Source: Candidatus Eiseniibacteriota bacterium (GTDB lineage: Bacteria; Eisenbacteria; RBG-16-71-46). From it: a DNA stretch of 64,000 nt. The stretch is taken from contig CAVUWA010000011.1 of the NCBI GenBank assembly GCA_963744995.1, positions 21,577 to 85,576 of the forward strand, given 5' to 3'. The translations under genes were made by a program, and so were the position numbers. Under the pieces are notes generated by a model that had not been told where the DNA came from, made no database searches, and was given only the letters and a program-made list of their open reading frames with translations. Shown piece after piece: positions 17,533 through 25,783 of this stretch; the stretch's first letter is position 1, and each line of letters opens with the position of its first letter.

Positions 17533-20500
17533 CTAGAACTCGCTCACCGCCTGGTCGCGGTGGAGCATCAGCACCTTCGCGTCGGGGTCCACCAGCACCT
17601 TCGCCGGCTTGAAGTCGCAGACGATCTTCACCGTCTGCTTCTCCCGCGCCCCGAGCGTCACCGTGCGGCGCGCCTCGTGGTACTGCTTCACGGTGGCCGC
17701 TTCGGCGTCCCCCGCGGCGTGTGCGTCACCTGCAGCCTCGACGCTCGCGACCCGCGCGTCCGGTGCGTTCGCCGCCGCCGCTGCGGTCTTCGCCGGCGCG
17801 CCGGCGTGGGCGTCCTTCTTCGGGAAGCGCTCGCCGCGCACCGCGGCCACATCGACGGGCATGGTGCCGGTGCCGATGTTCTGGATCTCGAGGGTCACCT
17901 CCCAGTGCGGCTCGGGTACTTCGCCCGCACCCGCCGAGGGCGGCGAGGCCTGCACGCGGTCGGCCTTCAGGATCCTGTACTCGGGCACCACGACCTCGAA
18001 GAACCATTGCCGCGCGAAGTCGTCGAACGCTTCGGGATCCGCCGCGTGCTTCCGCATGACCGCCACGAAGTCCTCGAGCACGGCATGATCGGGATTGACC
18101 TCGTAGGTGCGGATGAAGTCCTGCAACCCGGCGAGCGCGCGCTCGCGGCCCATGAAGTTGTAGAGCATCCAGAATACCCAGCCGCCTTTGTCGTACGTGA
18201 CGCTGGTGTCGCCCTTCTTGGTGCCGTCGATCTTCACGAGCGGCCGCTCGGCGTCCTTCTGGCGCCGTTCGCCGTAGCGCGACTCGATGCGTTTCGCGAA
18301 CTCGATGCGCTGCTGCTCGCCCTTCACCTGGTCGAACAGCAGCATCGTCGAGAAGTGCGCCATGCCTTCCGACAGGACGTTGCCGCCCGGCCCTTCGCCC
18401 GGCAGCAGGATGTTGCCCCACCACTGGTGCGCGGATTCGTGCGCGGTGACCATGAACGCCAGATTCGCGCGCGGATCGCTCTTGGTGAGGAAGCCGATGC
18501 TCTCCGCAAAGGTGATGTCGGTCGGGAACCCCTGCGCGTAGGTCGCCAGCGCCGGGAACTCGCTGATCTTCAACCGCGCCCACGGGAACGGCATGAACCA
18601 CTCCGAGTAGTACTGGCGCGCGGCGTCGAGCGCCTCGGACATCTCGGCGAGGTTGTACTCGTGGCCGGCGTGGTAGTAGATCGCCGTGCCGTGGCCTTCC
18701 TTGACCTTCCACTGCCCGGCCACGACGTTGAAGAACTTCACCGGATGGTCGGTGCGCCACTCGGTGGTGCGCACGCCCTTCTCGACCCGATCGCTCACCT
18801 TCACGCCGACCGAGTTGTAGGTGTACGCGGCGGGTCCGCTGACGCGGATGTCGGAGGTCATGCCGTCGCTCGCGCCGAACGCGGCGTCGGTGCGGCCGAC
18901 GTAGAAGTCCACCGGCCACTCCTTCGAGTCGAAGCGGTTCTTGTCGTCGATCCCGACGTCCTCCATGTAGCCGACCACGGGGACGAAACTCGGCGTGAAG
19001 CTGGTGAGCACCACGCCCGACGGCAGGATGAACTCGCCCATGCCGCCGCCGTTCCTGGTGATGCCGTCCGGGTAGCGGCCGTCGAACTGGAAGCCGATCG
19101 TCATCGTGTCGCCCGGCATCAGCGGTCCCGGAGTGTCGAAGACCATGAGGCCCATTCGGTCTTCGGGCATTGCCGCGTGGCCGTTCATCGTCCATTTCAT
19201 GTGCTTCCAGTGCAGTCCGCGGGTGAGCGGAACCTGTGCCATCGAAAAATCGTGGTCGTTGACGAGCGTGAAGACGCCGCGGCTCTTCACGCCGTGCTTC
19301 GCCGGATCCAGCGTGAGGTCGAGATCCAGATTCACGATGGACGGGTACTTCGCGCCGCGCCAGGTGGCGACATTGCGGCGCCAGTAGTCCTTGCGGGCCT
19401 TCTCGGCGGCCGGACCCTGCGGCCCTCCGGCGACCTGCATGTAGAGGATGACGCCGAGCACGACCGGTACGATCGCGTACGGCGCGAGCGCCATTCCCGC
19501 GCGCGCCAGCGACGACGGGCGCAGGCGGTCGCCGAGTTTCGACATGTCGCGCTCCGCGCGCGTGAACACACGCGACGTGAGCGCGATCAGGAACACCGCG
19601 ACGCCGAGCCACATGAGCCGGTTGAGCAGGATGGCGACGCGATCGATCTCGAACACGCCCATGTCGGACCACTGCAGGGTGCTCCACATGTCCCAGTTGC
19701 CCACCCAGTTCATCTTGCCGACGCCCTGGCGGTAGCCGGTGAAGATCAGCGCTGCGAGCGCGATCGCGTAGGTCGTGTAACGGTTGCGGGTCAGCGCCTG
19801 CACCGCCATGACGAACGTCGTCCACACGATGAACGTGGTGAGCACGACCGCGCCCCAGATGAGCAGGAAGGGGCGCGGGTCGAGCGGCACCCGGCCCTGG
19901 ATCGCCAGCGCCAGCATGCAGCCGGCGAGCGCCGCGAGCAGAATCGACGCGGCGACCACCGCGTTGGCGAGCGCCTTGCCCAGCAGCGCCGCCCCGGTGC
20001 GGATCGGCGTCGCGTGGAAGATCGCGCTGAGGCCGCTGCGGCGCTCGCGCTCCATGGATTCCACCGTATAGAAGAGCAACAGCAGCGCGACCAGCACGGT
20101 GACGACGTTCATCGTCGCCACGGCGAGCGTGCCCGCCGTGTGGAGCAACGGCGTATCGAAGGGGCCCTCGTTGAAGAACGCCTGCCCGATCACCTGGAGC
20201 ATGATGAGCGGCACGAACAGGTAAAGCCCGGGCTGGCTGCGCAGCTCCTTGAGCTCGGCGCGCATGACGGTCCACGCGCCCCTCATGAAGCCGATCGCGC
20301 CGCCGGTCATGTGCAGCGCGGCCAGGCCGCTGCGGCCGTCTTCGCCCGCGGCGGTCGCGGCCGCCGGGACCGCGGCCGTCTCGGCGGCGAGCGCGGCTTC
20401 GACCTGGCCCGCGCGCACGGCCCTGGCCTTCAGTTTCTCGCCGCGCAGCTGGCGCGCGAAGCGCCAGTGCGCGAGCGCCGCGCTGCCGAGACCCAGCACC

Positions 20501-21291
20501 AGCAGCCACAGCCGGTTCAGGAGGAACACGCCGTCGAGCCCCAAGTGAGCGGAGTTGTAGAAGTCGACGCCGCGGTCGACCTTGAGCCACGTCTCGTTGA
20601 GCCAGCGGTAGCCGGCCGGGTCCAGCACCATGAGCAGCTTGTTCACGCGCGGATCCAGCCACGACGGCGACCACTCCCACAGGAAGAAACCGCACACGAT
20701 CATCACGGCAACCGGCAGCACGAACACCAGGATGGGCTTGCGCGACCACGTGCCGACCAGGAACGCGGTGCCGGCGAAGAACACGATGGGCGGCAGCCCG
20801 AACCACAGGGCCGGGATGACGTAGTTCGCGAGCTCGAACGGGCCGCGGATCTCCTTCGCCGCCGCGTTCGGCACGATGTGGTTGAAGAACATCATGAACA
20901 TGAGATGCACGCCGAGCACGACCGCGAAGCTCACCAACACGGCGGCGAACTTGCCGTAGACGTACTCGCCCGGCCGGAGCGGCGTCGCGTGCAGCACCGG
21001 CCCCACCTTGAGGTCCTCGTCGCTGATCACGGACATGCCGGCGGCGACGGCGATGAAGAACCCGTAGAACAGCAGCACCACGAAGCTGAGCAGCATGCTC
21101 ACCGAGAACTCCGAGGTGAGCCACGCCCGCGTGCCGCCCACCACGCCCTCGCCCGACTGGATGGTCATGTGCCCGGTGGAGAGCCCCCACGAGGTGAGCG
21201 CGAGCACCAGCATGAAGATCCAGAACAGCGGCCGCCCGGCGTTGTGCCTGAGGTCGAGCGCCGCGACGCGGAAGAAGCGCCCTGCGTTCAC
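17533..21291 (-). CDS. ABC-2-type transporter permease (duplicated TM module) fused to a C-terminal M1-family zinc aminopeptidase domain
   Basis: The frame is continuous. The GTG start overlaps the stop of the upstream ATPase gene. Two hydrophobic ABC-2-like modules are present. The C-terminal region contains HESAHQWWGN (HEXXH zinc site) and other aminopeptidase-N-like blocks (GMAHFSTMLLFD). The 5' extension of the ORF-track entry 17533..22452 is a different frame from the ATPase and is rejected. Confidence 0.7.
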   Translation of the reverse strand: MNAGRFFRVAALDLRHNAGRPLFWIFMLVLALTSWGLSTGHMTIQSGEGVVGGTRAWLTSEFSVSMLLSFVVLLFYGFFIAVAAGMSVISDEDLKVGPVLHATPLRPGEYVYGKFAAVLVSFAVVLGVHLMFMMFFNHIVPNAAAKEIRGPFELANYVIPALWFGLPPIVFFAGTAFLVGTWSRKPILVFVLPVAVMIVCGFFLWEWSPSWLDPRVNKLLMVLDPAGYRWLNETWLKVDRGVDFYNSAHLGLDGVFLLNRLWLLVLGLGSAALAHWRFARQLRGEKLKARAVRAGQVEAALAAETAAVPAAATAAGEDGRSGLAALHMTGGAIGFMRGAWTVMRAELKELRSQPGLYLFVPLIMLQVIGQAFFNEGPFDTPLLHTAGTLAVATMNVVTVLVALLLLFYTVESMERERRSGLSAIFHATPIRTGAALLGKALANAVVAASILLAALAGCMLALAIQGRVPLDPRPFLLIWGAVVLTTFIVWTTFVMAVQALTRNRYTTYAIALAALIFTGYRQGVGKMNWVGNWDMWSTLQWSDMGVFEIDRVAILLNRLMWLGVAVFLIALTSRVFTRAERDMSKLGDRLRPSSLARAGMALAPYAIVPVVLGVILYMQVAGGPQGPAAEKARKDYWRRNVATWRGAKYPSIVNLDLDLTLDPAKHGVKSRGVFTLVNDHDFSMAQVPLTRGLHWKHMKWTMNGHAAMPEDRMGLMVFDTPGPLMPGDTMTIGFQFDGRYPDGITRNGGGMGEFILPSGVVLTSFTPSFVPVVGYMEDVGIDDKNRFDSKEWPVDFYVGRTDAAFGASDGMTSDIRVSGPAAYTYNSVGVKVSDRVEKGVRTTEWRTDHPVKFFNVVAGQWKVKEGHGTAIYYHAGHEYNLAEMSEALDAARQYYSEWFMPFPWARLKISEFPALATYAQGFPTDITFAESIGFLTKSDPRANLAFMVTAHESAHQWWGNILLPGEGPGGNVLSEGMAHFSTMLLFDQVKGEQQRIEFAKRIESRYGERRQKDAERPLVKIDGTKKGDTSVTYDKGGWVFWMLYNFMGRERALAGLQDFIRTYEVNPDHAVLEDFVAVMRKHAADPEAFDDFARQWFFEVVVPEYRILKADRVQASPPSAGAGEVPEPHWEVTLEIQNIGTGTMPVDVAAVRGERFPKKDAHAGAPAKTAAAAANAPDARVASVEAAGDAHAAGDAEAATVKQYHEARRTVTLGAREKQTVKIVCDFKPAKVLVDPDAKVLMLHRDQAVSEF

Positions 21292-22265
21292 GCGGCGCCT
21301 CCCGCGGGTGCGCCGGGACCCGCCATGATCGCCTCGCGGGCGGTGAGCCCGGGCATGCCGGGCGCATGCGGCGCGCCGTTCCCGTTGCCGTTCGCACCTT
21401 CCGCACGCATCAGCAGCAGGTAGGCATCCTCGAGCGTCGCGCGCGTAGGCTCGAAGTCCGCGGGCGGCGCGCCTTCGGGAACGAACACCCGCGCGCGATG
21501 GCTGCCCTCGACCAGCACCGCCTGGATCACCGTGTGCGCGCCGCGCAGCGCGGCGAGCCCCGCCGCGTCCACCGCGCCTTCGTACACCCGGCCGTCGATC
21601 GCGCCGCGCGCTTCGCCCGGCGTCGTGAGCGCGACCAGCCGCCCGCCGCGGATCACCGCAAAGCGCGGGCACAGTACCGCGACGTCTTCGACGATGTGCG
21701 TGGAGAGCACGACGATCCGGTCCTCGGCGAGCTCGGCGAGCAGGTGGTAGAAGCGCAGCCGCTCTTCCGGATCGAGGCCCGCGGTGGGCTCGTCGACGAT
21801 GATCAGCTCCGGGTCGCCGGCCAGCGCCTGCGCGATGCCGAGCCGCTGGCGCATGCCGCCCGAGTAGCCTTTCACCTTGCGTTTCGCCGCGAATGCCAGG
21901 TTCACGCGCTCGAGCAGATCGTCGACCAGCTTCTTCGTGCCCCCGGGCGCGGTCACGCCCTTGAGCTCCAGCAGGTAGGTGAGCATCTGCGCGCCGGTCA
22001 GATGCGGGTAGAAGCCGAATTCCTGCGGCAGGTAGCCGAGCCGCGGCCAGAGCTGCTCGGGATGGTTCAGGATGTCGCGGCCGTTGAGCGTCGCCTCGCC
22101 CGAGGTGGGCTCGAGCAGTCCCGCAAGAATGTTCATCAGCGTGGACTTGCCCGCCCCGTTCGGGCCCAGCAGGCCGAACATGCCCTTCGGCACGTCGAGG
22201 TCCACGCCGCGCAGCGCGGCGACCGGGCCGGGGTAGATCTTCACGAGTCCGCGAACGGTGAGCAT
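21288..22265 (-). CDS. ABC transporter ATP-binding protein
   Basis: The Walker A (GPNGAGKST), signature (YSGGMRQRL) and Walker B (LIIVDEPTAGLD) motifs are present. Confidence 0.85.
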   Translation of the reverse strand: MLTVRGLVKIYPGPVAALRGVDLDVPKGMFGLLGPNGAGKSTLMNILAGLLEPTSGEATLNGRDILNHPEQLWPRLGYLPQEFGFYPHLTGAQMLTYLLELKGVTAPGGTKKLVDDLLERVNLAFAAKRKVKGYSGGMRQRLGIAQALAGDPELIIVDEPTAGLDPEERLRFYHLLAELAEDRIVVLSTHIVEDVAVLCPRFAVIRGGRLVALTTPGEARGAIDGRVYEGAVDAAGLAALRGAHTVIQAVLVEGSHRARVFVPEGAPPADFEPTRATLEDAYLLLMRAEGANGNGNGAPHAPGMPGLTAREAIMAGPGAPAGGAA

Positions 22266-22493
22266 GGGCAGCCTCCAGGGAAGGGCGGGGTCTTCTGTCG
22301 CTTGGTGCCCATCTTACGCGTGTCCGCGGTGGCTTGTTTCGACACGGCGGGCCTTTGGGACTCCAAATGGACGCTTTCGTCGGAAAGAACGGTCGCCCTG
22401 GCCGGATGCGGCCTTCGCGACGTGGCGGCCCGCGGGTATCCGCCGTCGCCACAGCCGCCTATGCCGGGGGCCCGGACGGCGACGCGAAAGGTG

Positions 22494-22518
22494 CGCGGGG
22501 TCCGCATGACCCCGCGCA
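22494..22518. terminator. GC-rich hairpin downstream of the minus-strand gene ending at 22551
   Basis: GCGCGGGGTC-cgcat-GACCCCGCGC forms a 10-bp perfect stem. Confidence 0.4.
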
Positions 22519-22550
22519 CCGGGTTCCGGATGAAGCCTTCGCGCCGCGAA

Positions 22551-25500
22551 TCAGCGCACCATCACCGCCTTGCGGCTCACCGAGGTCGTGCCCTGCGTGA
22601 GACGCACCACGTAGATGCCGGGCGCGAGCCGCGTGTGGCGATCGAGCGTGACGCTTGCCCGTCCCGGACCCAGCTCCCCGACGTCTCGCGACAGGAGGCG
22701 CCGCCCCTGAAGATCCAGCACCTCGAGCGTCGCGGGCGCACGCGTGGGCAGTACGAACTCGATCGTGGCCACGTCGCGCGCCGGGTTCGGTACGAAGCCG
22801 GACAGCGCGAGCGCGAGCCGCGCCGGCACGACGATGCTCGTCTCCGCCGCGCTCCTCCAGACGCCGTCGTCGAGGAAGGTCAGCCGGTAGTCGTAACGAA
22901 CGCCGGGCGCGACGTCGGTGTCTGAATAGCGGATCATGCCGGACGCATCCGCGTGCGTCTGCGCGACCGGCGTCCAGGCGCCGCCCTCGCTGCGACGCTC
23001 CACCGCGACCGCCAGCGCCGATGAAGACGTGTACCAGGTCAGCTCGACCCGGTCGGCGTTGGCGTCGGCGCTCAGCAGCGAGAGCTGCACGGCCGTCGGT
23101 TGGTCGCACGGGTTCTCGATCGAGACCCCGGTGTTGATGTCGCGCAGGCAGTCGATGATCTGTTGGTAGGCAAGCTGCACCGCGGGATCCGTGAGCGACT
23201 GGTCTTCGAGCAGCAGCAGCTGCGTGTCGGCGCCGGGGCCCGAATACGGCGCGAAGGCGAACAACATGCGATCCCCATCGTCGATCACGTCCGAGGTCGA
23301 GCGCTTCGCGGCCCACAGGGCGTACAGGATCGGCATCGGCACGACGTCGAGCGCGTCGTCCACCTCGAACGGTGTCTTCGGCGTGTCGCTGTAAGGCGTA
23401 TTCAGCAGATACAGATACTCGCGACCGCCGTCGAAGGACGCGTCCGGCGCCCAGGTCGAGTCGAACGTCGCGGTCTGCGCCCCGGGCGGCTGGATCGTCC
23501 CGAAGGCATCCGTCACCGTGCGCTCGACGAACGCGACGTCGAGCTGCACGTCGTGGACGGTGTCCCATACCTGGAACGGCACCTCGTGGAAGCCGCCGTA
23601 GCGATACTCGCGGCCGCCCGCGGGCGAAGAGCCGTCCGCCATCTGCAATCTGAGATAGCGGTAGGCCCTCTGGGTCGCGGTATGGCTGAAGCGCACCTCG
23701 ACCGTGGCGAACGAGTCGCGCTGCGTCGCCGGATTGAGCGAGCCGCCCCAGAAGTTCCAGCCGAAGTCGGCGCCCCCGAAGAACGACGCGCCCCCCCAGT
23801 TGAGGCCGGTGAGCGCGCGGCGGTGCGTCGGGTCGTCGTTCTCGTAGGTCACGTCGAGGGCCGGGTGCGGGCTCCCGGTCTGGACCAGCTGACCGAGCGT
23901 GGTCGCGGTGACGCCGGGGCAGAGCACCGGCATGCCCTCGAGCAGCCGGATCGGTGATCCGCTCGGTGGCACGATGCCGAGCTGCCCGGCCGCCCAGTTG
24001 GCGAGCAGCGCGGCGAATTCCGTCTTCGCCTGTGTGCGCAGACCGACCGGTCCGGGCGGGCTGAGGGTCGCGCAGAACGAAGCCGCCTCCGTGCCGCCCG
24101 CCCAGTCGAAGAGCAGCGACTGGGTGCCGGCCAGCGTCGCGATGCTCGTGAGCTGCGCGGGCGTCAGCTCGCCCGTGGATGGCGGGCACTGGCTCGCCCA
24201 GTAGGCGACCGGGCGCGGGCAGTTCGTCGCAGGCGGCGGTGGCGGCGACCCTGTCGTGCCGCTCCTGAGCAGATTCACGTTCGCCTTCAGCGCGGAGATC
24301 GACGCGAGCCGGTTCGTTCCCTGGCCGAGCACGATGGCGAACTCGACATTCTGCGTATCACCGGGCGCCATGCTGAACGGACCGCTCGAGAGCATCATCC
24401 GCCGATCGGCCGGGTTCGCGTCGAGCCAGCCGGTTCCCTGCGTCGGATCTCCGTCGAACACGAACGTTTTCACCGTGTTCGTCGTCGGATCGATCTGCGG
24501 AGTCCCGTCGATGTTCAGTCCCTGCATGTAGGCGTACGTCTCGCCCCGCGCCGCCGGATCCGTGCCGTCGATGTACCGGACGGCCGATGTGGCCGGAATC
24601 GTATCGCCGAGCGCATTCTTCGGCCCTTCGAGCAGCACGGCACCGACCGCCGGCGGGGACGATCCATAGACGAGGTCGGCATTGTTCGCGTTGTAGGCGT
24701 AGACCATGCCGAGCCCGGGATCGCTGCCGACGAGATCGTCCGTCGCCCCGCCCACGTCGGGATCCACCCACATGGACACGTACATGTCGGAGAGCTGCTG
24801 CGCGCCCTTGTTGATGATCCGGTATCGCGCGAAGGCGGTCTGCCCCGGCGCGCCCGACTGGTTCACCCCGGTCACCGCGTGCTGGACCTCGACGCCCAGG
24901 GGCGTCGAACCGCCTGCGTCGTTCGTGTGATTCGCGGGATCGGCGTCGTTGAACACCGCCCACAGCATCTGGTCGCCGGCGACGTCGGGTCCCGGGACCT
25001 GGATCGTGGCGTTGGCATCGTTGGGATCGGGCAGATCCCACATGCGCACGGGGGCGCCGTAGGGCGCGGCGCCGGCCATGTACTCGGACCAACCGTGGTG
25101 TTCGAGCGGATCCTCGAGCGGTCCCGGCGAAGTACGGTCGACGTGTGCCGTATCCGCCGGGTTTCCCGTCCACGGCTTCACCTTGTACACGTGGTACTGC
25201 GGCAGCGCGGGATCGCTGAACGTGCCGCCGACCATCGCGCCGGGCCCGAATTCCTGCGAGTACTCGGCCACGACGGTACGTGTTTCGCCGTTCACGCGCG
25301 CCCCGAGCCAGAGGCCCGCCGCGAAGACTGCGGTGTGGCCCGAGCCCTTCGGGAATTCCAGGCCGGAATTCCCCGTGTAGAGGTCCCACGCGAAGGAGCC
25401 GTAGTTCGTCATCCACATGTTCAGTTCATTCACGTCGAAGCGGCGCAGCAGATCGTATGAATTCGGGCTCTGCACGGAAGCGGCGGACGGGCGGCGGACG

Positions 25501-25568
25501 GCACCGGCCGGGGCGGCGAGCACCGCGAGAAGCGCGAGCGCGACGAGAGACCGGAAGGCGGGGCGCAT
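22551..25568 (-). CDS. Large secreted hypothetical protein with Por/T9SS-type C-terminal domain
   Basis: A GGAGG lies 5 nt upstream of the ATG (MRPAFRSLVALALLAVLAAPAGA). The C-terminus reads ...ALSGFVPNPARDVATIEFVLPTRAPATLEVLDLQGRRL...GIYVVRLT...KAVMVR. Confidence 0.6.
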   Translation of the reverse strand: MRPAFRSLVALALLAVLAAPAGAVRRPSAASVQSPNSYDLLRRFDVNELNMWMTNYGSFAWDLYTGNSGLEFPKGSGHTAVFAAGLWLGARVNGETRTVVAEYSQEFGPGAMVGGTFSDPALPQYHVYKVKPWTGNPADTAHVDRTSPGPLEDPLEHHGWSEYMAGAAPYGAPVRMWDLPDPNDANATIQVPGPDVAGDQMLWAVFNDADPANHTNDAGGSTPLGVEVQHAVTGVNQSGAPGQTAFARYRIINKGAQQLSDMYVSMWVDPDVGGATDDLVGSDPGLGMVYAYNANNADLVYGSSPPAVGAVLLEGPKNALGDTIPATSAVRYIDGTDPAARGETYAYMQGLNIDGTPQIDPTTNTVKTFVFDGDPTQGTGWLDANPADRRMMLSSGPFSMAPGDTQNVEFAIVLGQGTNRLASISALKANVNLLRSGTTGSPPPPPATNCPRPVAYWASQCPPSTGELTPAQLTSIATLAGTQSLLFDWAGGTEAASFCATLSPPGPVGLRTQAKTEFAALLANWAAGQLGIVPPSGSPIRLLEGMPVLCPGVTATTLGQLVQTGSPHPALDVTYENDDPTHRRALTGLNWGGASFFGGADFGWNFWGGSLNPATQRDSFATVEVRFSHTATQRAYRYLRLQMADGSSPAGGREYRYGGFHEVPFQVWDTVHDVQLDVAFVERTVTDAFGTIQPPGAQTATFDSTWAPDASFDGGREYLYLLNTPYSDTPKTPFEVDDALDVVPMPILYALWAAKRSTSDVIDDGDRMLFAFAPYSGPGADTQLLLLEDQSLTDPAVQLAYQQIIDCLRDINTGVSIENPCDQPTAVQLSLLSADANADRVELTWYTSSSALAVAVERRSEGGAWTPVAQTHADASGMIRYSDTDVAPGVRYDYRLTFLDDGVWRSAAETSIVVPARLALALSGFVPNPARDVATIEFVLPTRAPATLEVLDLQGRRLLSRDVGELGPGRASVTLDRHTRLAPGIYVVRLTQGTTSVSRKAVMVR

Positions 25569-25783
25569 TCGACCTCCAACTGGGTCCAGCGCAGCGGGGA
25601 GCAGACGAGGAAGCACCGCAGAGAATACCGCTCTCGCCCGCGCCGATGGATGGAATTTTCACGCATGCCGTTCGTCGGCCCGGTCATCCGGCGCAACGCC
25701 GCGTCGCCCCTGTGTTACCCTCCCGCCCCGATAATCGCTTTCACCCGAAGGCACTGGCCGTTCACGCCGAACCCGGACTCCCC

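Noticed and set aside
17146-21423. Plus-strand 1425-aa ORF and minus-strand 1226-aa ORF (17726-21406) overlapping the permease-peptidase gene
   Set aside because: Both give Arg/His/Glu/Asp-biased translations with no TM segments or motifs. These are frame artefacts of GC-rich coding DNA.
17533-22452. ORF-track entry of 1639 aa on the minus strand that looks like a single giant gene
   Set aside because: The 5' portion (above 21291) is in a different frame from the bona fide ABC ATPase gene (21288-22265), which carries clear Walker/signature motifs. That 5' portion translates to Arg/Pro/Ala-rich low-complexity sequence. The real permease-peptidase starts at the GTG overlapping the ATPase stop.
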